Positions 41,728 to 51,072 of a stretch of 64,000 nt of DNA are shown one piece after another. How positions within the stretch are numbered: the first letter of the stretch is position 1; every line of letters begins with the position of its first letter. Source of the DNA: a virus; IMG/VR virus record IMGVR_UViG_3300046822_000286; one strand, written 5' to 3'. A program made the position numbers and the translations under genes. The notes below the pieces were generated by a model. It searched no databases and had not been told where the DNA came from. It was given only the letters and a program-made list of their open reading frames with translations.

Positions 41728-42799
41728 TCGTCGCTCCCTGCGGCTGGGCCACTGGAAGATTCGCGGCAGTCATCAGCCGCAGGAACAGTTTCACGCCCTG
41801 CTCGTAACGCATCTCGCAATACTTGGCGCGGTCCAGATCCTGCCCCTCGCCTTCCTTGCGGAGCATCTTGGCGAGCACGCCGATCTTGATGTACAGCACG
41901 CAGAAGTCGGGCACGCGGAGCAGGTCAGTTGTCCCGCTGACGTTGTCCATCAGTCGTGTCGCGAGCACCTCGAAGTTCGTATTCCCGCTGAGCAACTGGC
42001 GGATCGTGCCGGCATACGGATCACCGTGCGGCAGAATCCCGTTCCGCGCGCGCTGTCCGAAGAAGTACCGCGGCACGCCAAGCAGCCCGGTCGGGGTGTA
42101 CGGGGTTCCACCGATCGAGCACGCTGTGTTCGTCACCGTGAAACTCGCGTTCAGATTCAGCAGGACCTGCGTCCCCGATAGGAACGTCGCGATCGTCGTC
42201 ATCAGCGGCCCTTTGGCCGGACCGGCGCCAGCAATCGCCACGAGGGTCCCAACATCGCCAACCGTGAATGCCGCCGTCGCCGAGGTCAGCGTTGCCTGCG
42301 TCGCCACGATCCCGGCATCGGAGACCTGACGTCCGCCCGAAGACATGAACCGGACCGTTCCCAGCAGCCCGACGGGAAAGTATCCGCTGCCGACCATGCC
42401 GGACGTCGGTGCCCGGTCCATCTCGAACTGCTTCGTCGGCAGCATGTCCTGGTGATACTTCCGGGGGACTCCGGATAGCGTGCGCCAGTTCGGATTCTCG
42501 CGGTCCAGATTGACCTTTGTCGTGCGGTAGGTCGGATTGTTGTTGAACGCAATCCGATCGATCTGCATCGTGTACGGCATTTCGCTGTACTGACGGGTGC
42601 CCGCGACCGCCTGCACGGCTCCGATCAGTTTCATGATCTGAGACCTGAGCACGAAATCCTTGGAGATGACGTTGATATACTCGATGATTTCAGTGATGGA
42701 CCAGAACCCGGTCGACCAGTCGTAGCCGCCAGACACACTCCCGTTCTCCTGAACGAGGACTGACAACTGCGAGATCAGTGTCGCTACCGTCGTGCTCAT
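41720..42799 (-). CDS. virion structural protein (359 aa)
   Basis: ORF directly abutting the upstream stop. Position is between the head and tailspike genes. No motif recognised. Confidence 0.7.
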   Translation of the reverse strand: MSTTVATLISQLSVLVQENGSVSGGYDWSTGFWSITEIIEYINVISKDFVLRSQIMKLIGAVQAVAGTRQYSEMPYTMQIDRIAFNNNPTYRTTKVNLDRENPNWRTLSGVPRKYHQDMLPTKQFEMDRAPTSGMVGSGYFPVGLLGTVRFMSSGGRQVSDAGIVATQATLTSATAAFTVGDVGTLVAIAGAGPAKGPLMTTIATFLSGTQVLLNLNASFTVTNTACSIGGTPYTPTGLLGVPRYFFGQRARNGILPHGDPYAGTIRQLLSGNTNFEVLATRLMDNVSGTTDLLRVPDFCVLYIKIGVLAKMLRKEGEGQDLDRAKYCEMRYEQGVKLFLRLMTAANLPVAQPQGATNG

Positions 42800-43459
42800 C
42801 TAACTCCGATCGATGGTGGAATAGCCTTCGCCGGTATCCGCGTTCGGATCCCGCGAGAAACTGGTGAACTGCTGCGAGAACGTGCGCTGTGCCTGGTGAC
42901 CAGACTTTTCGAGGAACAGGTCGTAATTCGGCATCGCTTGTACGAACTCAGCGCCGCCTTCCTTGAACCGGCCAAAGTGGAACGTGTACTCGGTCAGCCC
43001 GTCGATGTACTCCTGCGCCAGATCGATCACGCTCGCTTCGGTCAACTGCGGCGGATCGTCAAGTGTTACTAAAGTAACGTTCGTGCCTGCCGCAGTCGGA
43101 TGTCGATCGATGGCCCAGCGATCTAATCCTGCCGGCCCCCACTTCGTCAGTAGCCCCGCCAGCCCGTCCCACTTCGGATTCTCCCGATCGAAGTTTTCAA
43201 TCGAGGATTTCCGGATCCGCTTGTTAGCGTACGAGACGTGGATGATCGCGATGGCGCCCTGCGGGACCGACTGGAGTTTCGCGCCGATCAGAGCGTACGT
43301 CCGCTCGCTGGTCATCTGTCCGGCAATCAGCGTGTACTCGAGGAACGCATCGTTGAGATGGACCAGCAACTCGGCCCGGCTGACCCATATGGGATTCGTG
43401 CGCGACTCCTCGAGGCGGTCCAGCACCTGATCCAGAATCTGTCCGGCCGTCGTGCTCAT
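42800..43459 (-). CDS. virion structural protein (219 aa; adaptor candidate)
   Basis: Start moved to ATG 43459 (MSTTAGQILDQVLDRLEE; ATGA overlap with the upstream stop). Confidence 0.65.
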   Translation of the reverse strand: MSTTAGQILDQVLDRLEESRTNPIWVSRAELLVHLNDAFLEYTLIAGQMTSERTYALIGAKLQSVPQGAIAIIHVSYANKRIRKSSIENFDRENPKWDGLAGLLTKWGPAGLDRWAIDRHPTAAGTNVTLVTLDDPPQLTEASVIDLAQEYIDGLTEYTFHFGRFKEGGAEFVQAMPNYDLFLEKSGHQAQRTFSQQFTSFSRDPNADTGEGYSTIDRS

Positions 43460-44616
43460 ACGAAGTTGCTCTCGTAATCGTTCTGGAAGTAATCCGGGCC
43501 GGGGCCACCATACCTCCACTTCCGGTACTGATAAACCAGTTGCATGATGGCCGTCGAATCGTCCTCGTTCTTCATGTAGCCGATGTCCCGTTCGGCCTCG
43601 GCCACCAGCGAATCGGCAAGCCGCGGGTCGTAATAGATCCCGCCGTCAATCACCTTGTGTCCGGGCCAACGCGCGGCCTCGGCCTTGGCGAGCTTCACGA
43701 CCACGTCGGACCGGATCCCGTTCGGCAGGATGTCGTTCTCCGAGATCAGCGGCGTGGTGGCCTTGATGTAGAAAAACGGGTATGCCGCCACCGAGGTCGG
43801 GCGCGGCCACATTTCCCAGAGTGGAGCTCCAGCTGGATCGGTCGTATGGAATGCCAGTTTGTACGGCATCTGGCTGATGGCGCGGCGGGGGTCGTCGGCG
43901 TCCAACTGCACCTTGGCGGCATTGACGATGAACTGGTACTGCCGGTCCGGGTTCACCATCGTCAGGACCTCTTTGACATCCTGTCCGAGACTGGCGTAGA
44001 CCATCGTGATCTCGTAACTTTGGGTCGCCAGGCTCAGGTACGGCCAGCCTTGGTTGATCAGCATGCGGGTCGCGCTCGTGAATCCGACCGCTGTGACGAA
44101 TGGCGAATTGGAGTTGATCCGGAACTGCCGGCCCGCCATGGATCCGCTGGTGATCGTGACGCCAGAAGTATGGGTCTTGGTGCAAGCCGCCTGGAACGTG
44201 GCGGCCGCAGCGTTGACGGACATGACGAAGACGGCTTCCTCGCCAGCGTTTCCGCCATCGATCGTGACCCAGATCCCTGGCACGATTCCGGTCAGCGCCG
44301 TCGGCTGGAAGTCGATAATGCCGGCCTCGATCGTTGCCGTGAGCAGCGTCGTATTGACCACGTCGTTGAATGGCCAGACGGTTCCCACTCCGGTCACGAC
44401 GTTCGAATTCTGGGTGACCGTGACGGTCCCTGTCGCGTATTGGGCGGGGACGCTGAGGATCCCATAAACGACCAATCCGCTCCAGTTACGGCGCCCCATC
44501 AGCATGCGGATGCTGTCGTTTATGTCCTGCTCGCAGAGCGTCTTATCGTAGCTCGGAAACTTCTTCAGGACGGCATCGACCATACCCCTGAAGTTCTGTT
44601 GTTGTGGAGTCGGCAT
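43456..44616 (-). CDS. virion structural protein (386 aa; adaptor/neck candidate)
   Basis: QYATGTVTVTQNSNVVTGVGTVWP is a motif I associate with phage neck/adaptor-like proteins, but this is an uncertain recollection. Confidence 0.65.
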   Translation of the reverse strand: MPTPQQQNFRGMVDAVLKKFPSYDKTLCEQDINDSIRMLMGRRNWSGLVVYGILSVPAQYATGTVTVTQNSNVVTGVGTVWPFNDVVNTTLLTATIEAGIIDFQPTALTGIVPGIWVTIDGGNAGEEAVFVMSVNAAAATFQAACTKTHTSGVTITSGSMAGRQFRINSNSPFVTAVGFTSATRMLINQGWPYLSLATQSYEITMVYASLGQDVKEVLTMVNPDRQYQFIVNAAKVQLDADDPRRAISQMPYKLAFHTTDPAGAPLWEMWPRPTSVAAYPFFYIKATTPLISENDILPNGIRSDVVVKLAKAEAARWPGHKVIDGGIYYDPRLADSLVAEAERDIGYMKNEDDSTAIMQLVYQYRKWRYGGPGPDYFQNDYESNFV

Positions 44617-44651
44617 CTCACGATGATTCTAAGATGCCTGTAAAGAGCGGC

Positions 44652-45302
44652 TTAAAGGAATGCGATGACGGTAGTGGGTTTCGGAGGGCCTGCTTGCGGC
44701 TCGTGTTCGAACTTCCTCGTCCCGTATCCTTGCGCGCGCATCGCCGCAAGGATGGCTTTGACTGAGATCTTTTTGTTGAAAGGCACTTCGACTTCGAACG
44801 GGATAGACTTGGCGGCAAAGCCACCGAAGGCCTCCCGGACGGCAACATACGCAGTCTGCCCATCGAAGCGTAGACCGCCGAACCGATAAAGATATTCGTC
44901 GCCCCCGCCGAACGCCCGAAGTACCTTGATGTAGAATTTGTACTGCTCGCCTTCCAGCAGTTGTGTCTCCGTCAGACCTCGGATGGGAGAGAATCGCTCG
45001 TTTCCGTAGTTGCAGAGTTGCCCGGTTCCGATTTCGCGGACAACGTGATACCCGTACTCTTCTTTTGGAGGCTCGACATACCATGCGATTAGCCAATCGC
45101 AGACTCTGCCGCTCTCCCCCATAACGAGGTCGCCAGGCTTCGGCTTGTCCCATGGCGCGAAATGGACATAGAACCCACCGTTGCGGTCTCGGAAGGCCTC
45201 AGACCCGCTCCTGTAGCCATCGGAGTTCGTCGCCCGGCATAGGACGGATGCCGATGATAATCCACGGACGACGTGCATCAGGATGCGCTCTTTGTCAGTC
45301 AT
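44652..45302 (-). CDS. hypothetical protein (216 aa), last gene of accessory operon
   Basis: Start moved to ATG 45302 (MTDKERILMH), overlapping the upstream stop by 8 nt. Confidence 0.55.
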   Translation of the reverse strand: MTDKERILMHVVRGLSSASVLCRATNSDGYRSGSEAFRDRNGGFYVHFAPWDKPKPGDLVMGESGRVCDWLIAWYVEPPKEEYGYHVVREIGTGQLCNYGNERFSPIRGLTETQLLEGEQYKFYIKVLRAFGGGDEYLYRFGGLRFDGQTAYVAVREAFGGFAAKSIPFEVEVPFNKKISVKAILAAMRAQGYGTRKFEHEPQAGPPKPTTVIAFL

Positions 45303-45996
45303 AGTGTTTAATTTGGATACACGGGCGGCCCGGCCAGCACCAAACGGTAAATCCAGCAGCACGCGCGGATCGGCAGAAATTGACGTCCATCGAGCGACTG
45401 GTTTCATCGTAGTTGAAGAGCCAGCGGAGAGGCTCAGCCTTCTTCAACTCCTTAAAAACGTCGACCTGGATCAGCATGCAGCCGGCCGCAATCGCTGCGC
45501 ATTCAAACGCTTCGGTCTTCGGATGATCCTTCCACGATACCTCCTCGACATCATAGCCGGCGTAGATACTGAGGGCCGCAGAGTCGTCGCCTTCGGTTAT
45601 CGCCCGCCAGACCAGCGGATCTCCGTTATCACGGTGGGTGAGACCTCCGACGATCGGTTTGTCGACCTCGAGGAGCCGCTGAAGAATATCCGGCGGCACG
45701 AGCATGTCGTCGTCCATGAACAGGACGTGAGTTGCGCCTTCCCCCATGGCCTCGCAAATTGCCCGATCGCGCCCCATGCGAATGTTCTCCCGCGGTCCGA
45801 TCGTGTACGGGCGGGCCTTGTACAATGGCGCCTGGATACGAGCCATTGCCATGATGTCCAGCGGCGGGCCGTTCTCTTTCGGCGGAAGGAGTGTCAGGCC
45901 GACCGTCGTCGCCTCCATCCAGAATCGGATTCGGTTGTGGTAGACGATTGGCGGTAGCCCGTGGTAGACCGGCTCGGCAACAAGGACTCTATACAT
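45295..45996 (-). CDS. GT-A fold (GT2-like) glycosyltransferase
   Basis: Start at ATG 45996 (GGAGGA 7 nt upstream). THVLFMDDDMLVP is a DxD motif, and AAGCMLIQVDVFKEL is typical of GT2. Confidence 0.6.
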   Translation of the reverse strand: MYRVLVAEPVYHGLPPIVYHNRIRFWMEATTVGLTLLPPKENGPPLDIMAMARIQAPLYKARPYTIGPRENIRMGRDRAICEAMGEGATHVLFMDDDMLVPPDILQRLLEVDKPIVGGLTHRDNGDPLVWRAITEGDDSAALSIYAGYDVEEVSWKDHPKTEAFECAAIAAGCMLIQVDVFKELKKAEPLRWLFNYDETSRSMDVNFCRSARAAGFTVWCWPGRPCIQIKHYD

Positions 45997-46315
45997 CAGC
46001 GGATCCTCCATGTTTTTCACAGGTCTTGCCGAGGAGGCATTCGCAGGTCCTGAATGTTTCAAGAGTCTCTAGGCTGTTCTTGAACTGAGTACCTATTTTC
46101 TTGAGAAGATCACGGTCTACGTCTGGCTCAAAGATGACATTGATTGAGAAATACGTGCCGTCAGAACGCAGCGCGCATATCTGAAAAGAGCGCTTGAACG
46201 TCGGAGGATAGTAAGTTCCGTCCTCCATGGTATGGCCATATTCGTCGACGCCAGGTCCTAACAGTTTCAGCCAATGCCAACCCGGCTGTTTGATTAAGTC
46301 ATCAATCTTATCCAC
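45989..46315 (-). CDS. hypothetical protein (108 aa)
   Basis: ORF coupled to both neighbours (8-nt overlaps). Confidence 0.55.
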   Translation of the reverse strand: MDKIDDLIKQPGWHWLKLLGPGVDEYGHTMEDGTYYPPTFKRSFQICALRSDGTYFSINVIFEPDVDRDLLKKIGTQFKNSLETLETFRTCECLLGKTCEKHGGSADV

Positions 46316-47357
46316 GGATCACCTCCGCAACTCGCTCGACTTCCGCGTCCGTCATCGCGCTCGAGAGCGGCAGGCAGAGGCCCATGCCGCTCAAGAATCT
46401 GGCGCTCCCGCAGTGCTCGCCCTCCGGCGGGATCGGGAAAAACGGACGCCACTCGATATTCTCCTGCTCGCAGTCCTGAATGATCCGCTGCCGTGCTGGA
46501 ACGCCACCCTTAACGACACCCGCAAATACCCAAGGCGCTGGCATCTCGTCACTGGCGATGCCAGGCAGGTTCCACTCCTCCACACGGCTTGCAGCCTCGT
46601 AATACTGCATGATCTCGTACCGGCGGGCCAGCATCTCGCTAAACCGGGAGAGTTGCGCGCAGAGCACCGCCGCCTGCAGGTCGGTCATCCGCCCGTTGAT
46701 CCCAGTCCGGAGCGGCACGTAACTCTTGTCGGCGATCCCATGGTTGATGATCAGCCGGCATTCCTTGTACAACTCCTCGTCGTCGGTCAGGATCGCGCCG
46801 CCCTCGCCTGCCGTCACGATCTTGTTTGCGTAGAAGGATAAGGTCGAGATCCGCGCCCGTTTGTCGCCGCCTGCCCAGACGTCGCCAACATGGCCACCGA
46901 ACGACTCACTGGCGTCCTCGATGAACGTCCTCGTCGCGTGCGGTAGCGACTCCGGCAGGTGAACGGATCCGTAGCATGGCGCAGATATAACGGTGTCCCA
47001 TGTCACGCCACGATAATCGTGGTTGAGCGGCTGCCACGTCAGCATGTCAGCATCGAGGCATTGCAGTCTCGCACCCGCCAGCCGGACAGCATTATGGACG
47101 GCTGCGAACGTTAGCGCAGGAGTCGCAATGGTGCGGACCGGGCCACCGCCGCTTGTCGCCATCAGCGCGACAACGAGGGCCGTCGTGCCGGACGAACAGC
47201 AGAGCGCGTACCGGCGACCGGTTATTTTACAGAGCAACACCTGCGCCCGCTCCACGAACTGTCCCTGCGAGATCCAACTGTCCGCCATTGCAATCCGCAG
47301 ATTATCCATTTCCTCGAGCCGGAGGTCCGGGCTGGCGATCGGTATTCGCGTCTTCAT
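46308..47357 (-). CDS. DegT/DnrJ/EryC1/StrS-family PLP-dependent sugar aminotransferase
   Basis: Start moved to ATG 47357 (MKTRIPIASPDL; ATGA overlap). CCSSGTTALVVAL and the SFYANKIVTAGEGGAI Lys motif are present. Confidence 0.85.
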   Translation of the reverse strand: MKTRIPIASPDLRLEEMDNLRIAMADSWISQGQFVERAQVLLCKITGRRYALCCSSGTTALVVALMATSGGGPVRTIATPALTFAAVHNAVRLAGARLQCLDADMLTWQPLNHDYRGVTWDTVISAPCYGSVHLPESLPHATRTFIEDASESFGGHVGDVWAGGDKRARISTLSFYANKIVTAGEGGAILTDDEELYKECRLIINHGIADKSYVPLRTGINGRMTDLQAAVLCAQLSRFSEMLARRYEIMQYYEAASRVEEWNLPGIASDEMPAPWVFAGVVKGGVPARQRIIQDCEQENIEWRPFFPIPPEGEHCGSARFLSGMGLCLPLSSAMTDAEVERVAEVIRG

Positions 47358-48382
47358 CGCTTCTCCAATCTGTACATCCACCGGTCCCGGAGGGCGGACC
47401 AGGAATGCCGGACTTCCGCAATCTGGCGATTTTCCGTCGAGTAGCGCTCCATATCGGTCCCTCCGGCCCAGCGGATCTGCTCGGCCAGATGGTATGTATC
47501 GACGTGGCTGGCCAGACAGTGAGGGTTGATCATGCCGGCCGGCTCCTGCTTTCTGACCCCGGTCAGCATTTTGTGTCCCGCCGGCCAGTATTCGTTCATC
47601 GGCTCGGCGTCGGTCGTCAGGACGGGCATCCCGGAAGCCATCGCCTCGAGCGTCACGAGCGCGTGGCCGTCGTACTTCGACGGGTAGATCAGCACGTCGC
47701 CTTGAGTATAGAGATCCTCGCGGTTCATGAACCCGCCGATGTTGAACGTAACGTACGGCGAACGGATCTCGCCAAACCACGGCTGATCGACCTGCGAATT
47801 AATCCGCAATGTCGCGTCCCATGTTCCAGGATCGGCCTTCAGAAAGGCCTCGACAGTCTCACGCGTGCCCTTACGTCCGTTCATGCCTCCAGACCCGGCG
47901 TTGTGAATGAATTGGCGCGCCGGCCCGGACCGTTGCCGAAACTTGAACAGATTGGTGTCGACCGGATACGGCAGGAAGACCTTGTTGTCGAACGGAACCT
48001 CCTGATACGCCTTGAAGCTCGGGCAGATGTAGAGGTCGACGCTCTGATAGGCCGGCAGGTGCGGGTTGAACGACTCCCACATCACGATCAGGATCGTGCG
48101 CATCCCGAGTTCTTTCGCGTAGCGGAACGTGTGATCCCCGAAGCCGGTCTCGATCGAGATCACGGTATCGATGCCGTCGGTCGATTGCCAGGCGGAGAGA
48201 TCATCTTTCTGAACCTCCCACTGGTGCAGGTAGAACTCCTCGCCGTTGGCCCACTCGAGGTGCATCGGCCACCCGATGTCGGGGATGACCAACTGCCGAG
48301 TGATTCCGAGATGTTCCCGCAGGTCGTGGCACATCGTGCCGAGGCCGCGCTGCGATAGATACGAAATGATTCCAGTGGTCAT
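47354..48382 (-). CDS. GT-B glycosyltransferase (GT4/GT1-like)
   Basis: 342 aa. IYPSKYDGHALVTLEAMASGMPVLTTD is the E-x7-E region of retaining GT4 enzymes. Confidence 0.8.
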   Translation of the reverse strand: MTTGIISYLSQRGLGTMCHDLREHLGITRQLVIPDIGWPMHLEWANGEEFYLHQWEVQKDDLSAWQSTDGIDTVISIETGFGDHTFRYAKELGMRTILIVMWESFNPHLPAYQSVDLYICPSFKAYQEVPFDNKVFLPYPVDTNLFKFRQRSGPARQFIHNAGSGGMNGRKGTRETVEAFLKADPGTWDATLRINSQVDQPWFGEIRSPYVTFNIGGFMNREDLYTQGDVLIYPSKYDGHALVTLEAMASGMPVLTTDAEPMNEYWPAGHKMLTGVRKQEPAGMINPHCLASHVDTYHLAEQIRWAGGTDMERYSTENRQIAEVRHSWSALRDRWMYRLEKR

Positions 48383-48720
48383 TAACCCTCCAGGTCTAAT
48401 AGTTCACCGTCTGTCATCCGAGTCCAGTGCTTCGGCTTGTGAGGATCGCGGCGATGGTCAAGATGGATCGTGGTGTGCCCGTAAGGCTCAGAACAGAAAT
48501 ACTTCTCTTCCTGGCTAGGACTCTGAGCGTAGAAAGGACACATGGTCTCGGTGCGCTTAACGAGAGCGATACCGTGCATGTCGATCTCACCGATCTCACC
48601 GATCTCACCGATCTTACCGATCTCATGGATCGCGTGCTGGTATCCCGCATCGAGCAGTTTCCCCTTAATCTCATCGTATGCCCACGGCGAGACCTCCAGC
48701 AGCGCGTACGTGTGGGTCAT
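48382..48720 (-). CDS. hypothetical protein (112 aa) carrying an in-frame (GEI)n repeat
   Basis: IHEIGKIGEIGEIGEIDMHG is encoded by the 9-bp tandem repeat at 48583..48625. Confidence 0.6.
   Translation of the reverse strand: MTHTYALLEVSPWAYDEIKGKLLDAGYQHAIHEIGKIGEIGEIGEIDMHGIALVKRTETMCPFYAQSPSQEEKYFCSEPYGHTTIHLDHRRDPHKPKHWTRMTDGELLDLEG
48583..48625. repeat. 9-bp tandem repeat GATCTCACC x ~4.7 (in frame; each unit contains GATC)
   Basis: The sequence reads gatctcacc gatctcacc gatctcacc gatcttacc gatctca directly. Confidence 0.95.
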
Positions 48721-48944
48721 ACGCGCTCAGGCCACGACCACTGTGACGGGCCCGTGCCGTATTCTGCCCAGTCTTGATGTTGGCCAAGAGGACCGAAAAC
48801 AAAAATCTGGCACCGATTTTCCGCGCTCGGATCCACTGCTCGAATAATCGCGGGTGAGATCTGCGGCGGATACTTGCCATCCGCGCTGCCGGGATGATGG
48901 TAGATCACGATTCTTCCGACGCTTGGTTTCTGCTCCATATCCAC
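48717..48944 (-). CDS. hypothetical small phage protein (75 aa)
   Basis: AAGGAG SD upstream of ATG 48944. VGRIVIYHHPG...PAIIRAV...IFVFG resembles a common SH3-like small phage protein. Confidence 0.6.
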   Translation of the reverse strand: MDMEQKPSVGRIVIYHHPGSADGKYPPQISPAIIRAVDPSAENRCQIFVFGPLGQHQDWAEYGTGPSQWSWPERV

Positions 48945-48946
48945 TC

Positions 48947-48984
48947 CTTAAAAAGGCGGCTCGAACTGACTAAGAACGAGCCGC
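48947..48984 (-). terminator. intrinsic terminator/attenuator inside the accessory operon
   Basis: Minus strand has GCGGCTCG, a 13-nt loop, CGAGCCGC, then C TTTTT, followed immediately by AAGGAG and ATG 48944. Confidence 0.5.
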
Positions 48985-49020
48985 TGAACGAGTTGTGCTA
49001 CACATGCGCAGAGCACCGTT

Positions 49021-50073
49021 CTACGCTACGGATTCGCCCGAAGGCGGATGTCGTGGGAATTCCCTAACTCTGAGATCCTCTGGCCATTCGGACATGTCGC
49101 CGCCCTTCGGATCTCGGATATCTTCAAACCCTTCGTCGATGCAGGTGACATGATCACGGAATCTTCCTTTTGTCGATTCGCGGCAGGCGTATGGCTTCGC
49201 GCCAACCTGCTTCACAAAACATGCGACTCCGGCGGTCTTGCACTGCCTGACGACGAAGCGCGCCCAGTTGATATTGAACGGTCTGGCGTGAGGGCCGGAT
49301 TCTCCTCCAACCACGATCCAGTCCAGCCGGTTATCCGTCTTATCTGAAACTGCGCAGCCGGTGTTACTCGAATACCACTCGCCTTCCAGCGCATCGAGCG
49401 AGTGCCCTATCACTGACAGATTCGTCAGATCGACCAGTTCGAGTGCTGGCTCGTAACTGACCCACCGAACTGCGGCTGGAGTGTCCAGCAGGGCCTGTAC
49501 CCGCCTATTCGCCTGCACCTGATCTTCAACAGAGACCCCTAGCCATACATTCGGTAGTGGCCACGGAAACGGTCCGACATTAGCCGGATCGATGCCGGAC
49601 AGCACGACATGCTCCGCCGGGTGCCCCTTGTATTGAGCGCGTAGCATGCGCATGGACCGTTCCACCGGACTCAGCGCTTCGACCGAATTCGAATAAATCC
49701 GCATCGTCTCCGAACGCTTCGTCAGAATCTGGTACGTGTGGTGAGGTGTCTGCGCCATGATCGCGAACGCCTGATCGATCTGGTCGAATTCAACATCTTT
49801 ATGAAAGAGATCCGACATCGAGTTGACGAACCAACGTTTCGGTGCTTTAACCGTGAGCGGTTCCCTTAGTTTATCCTTGATGAATCGAACAGTTCCGTTC
49901 CATCGCGGACCCTCCGGCCCCATCTCGGTCAGGCCTTCATAGGCGCCGCCAGCGTAATTGAACCGGTGCGCCTGCTGCATCGCATAGCAATGCTGACACC
50001 CGGGCGAAATCATCGTACAGCCGCGGAGGAAGTTCCAGACACGATCGGCCCATTCGATATCGGTTTCGGCCAT
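49021..50073 (-). CDS. phage Gp37/Gp68 family protein (DUF5131)
   Basis: 350 aa. TDIEWADRVWNFLRGCTMISPGCQHCYA is the characteristic N-terminus of this family. Confidence 0.8.
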   Translation of the reverse strand: MAETDIEWADRVWNFLRGCTMISPGCQHCYAMQQAHRFNYAGGAYEGLTEMGPEGPRWNGTVRFIKDKLREPLTVKAPKRWFVNSMSDLFHKDVEFDQIDQAFAIMAQTPHHTYQILTKRSETMRIYSNSVEALSPVERSMRMLRAQYKGHPAEHVVLSGIDPANVGPFPWPLPNVWLGVSVEDQVQANRRVQALLDTPAAVRWVSYEPALELVDLTNLSVIGHSLDALEGEWYSSNTGCAVSDKTDNRLDWIVVGGESGPHARPFNINWARFVVRQCKTAGVACFVKQVGAKPYACRESTKGRFRDHVTCIDEGFEDIRDPKGGDMSEWPEDLRVREFPRHPPSGESVA

Positions 50074-50615
50074 TAGAGTTCCAACTCCGGCGTTTGCGGC
50101 TCCGGGAGATACGCTTCTGGATCACTGCCAAATTCACTGCGGCAGTCGCTACTGCAAAAAAAGAATACCGTCCCTGCGTGTTCAGCCTTGTACGCCGACT
50201 CCGCTCCGACTTCGCTGCCGCATACCGGATCGATCGGCAGTGCCTCCGCCTTCTGCGCAATTGCCGGGCGGTCAGGCATCTTGAGCACGATTACCGGACG
50301 CTTATAGATCTCGTCGATGGCACGGCGCGCCGCCGCCTCGTCGCACGGCGTCATCCGGAAGATCGCACCCGGACCGAGCAGTGTGGACCGTGCTGGCGAT
50401 TCATCGCGCTTCACCGTCGCGCCGGCCTGAGTCCAGCCATGGTCTGTATATTCCGGCTCGGCCAGCACCCATTCACGCTCCGGCAGTGATGGCGTATCGA
50501 CACGGAACATGCAGGCATTGCCGAAATATTCGGTTGTGACGTAGCCGGCGGCTCGAGAATGTCCGTAGACTTCAACGAGCGCCCAGCCTTTAAAGGTCGC
50601 CTGTGACTCTTCCAT
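50073..50615 (-). CDS. phage small-protein domain fused to a C-terminal YHS/TRASH-type metal-binding domain
   Basis: 180 aa. The C-terminus IDPVCGSEVGAESAYKAEHAGTVFFFCSSDCRSEFGSDPEAY fits the YHS pattern. Confidence 0.6.
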   Translation of the reverse strand: MEESQATFKGWALVEVYGHSRAAGYVTTEYFGNACMFRVDTPSLPEREWVLAEPEYTDHGWTQAGATVKRDESPARSTLLGPGAIFRMTPCDEAAARRAIDEIYKRPVIVLKMPDRPAIAQKAEALPIDPVCGSEVGAESAYKAEHAGTVFFFCSSDCRSEFGSDPEAYLPEPQTPELEL

Positions 50616-51072
50616 GCTCTTCCCTCCATTTGAGAACTTTACGGAACGCGCGCCGGCTAGGATCAGGATCGAATTCCTCGTCCATGAGCGTTCTGACGAT
50701 CGGTGAACTAGGTTCGACTTTGCAGACGATGCTGCGCTTGCGGAATCGGATCGCCTGGTCCGTGGCGAAGCGCGTCATGAATTTACCAACCCCGCGTCCG
50801 CGAAAATCGGGATGGACGATCACGAGGAGGGAAACCTCCGGAGAATCCGCGTCGGCCGCCACTAGGCTGGCGTATGCGATCGGCTGTTTCTCAGCCCCGA
50901 CGAGCGCCCACCATTCCGTCACAATCACTGATCCGATAAACGCACTGAAATCGGCCCCGGCGACCGTCGCTAAGAAATCCGCCCGGTTATCGACCGTCTT
51001 GGTCGCCTCGGTTTCGATCACCTGGATCACGCGATCTTCGATCATCATCGAGCCGAGTTCGCGCCCGATCAT
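50590..51072 (-). CDS. GNAT family N-acetyltransferase
   Basis: 160 aa. LLVIVHPDFRGRGVGKFMTRFATDQA is the canonical motif A (R-G-x-G-x-G). Confidence 0.75.
   Translation of the reverse strand: MIGRELGSMMIEDRVIQVIETEATKTVDNRADFLATVAGADFSAFIGSVIVTEWWALVGAEKQPIAYASLVAADADSPEVSLLVIVHPDFRGRGVGKFMTRFATDQAIRFRKRSIVCKVEPSSPIVRTLMDEEFDPDPSRRAFRKVLKWREEHGRVTGDL

Noticed and set aside
48583-48625. Possible CRISPR-like array
   Set aside because: The units are 9 bp, contiguous with no spacers, in frame within a CDS. There are no cas genes.
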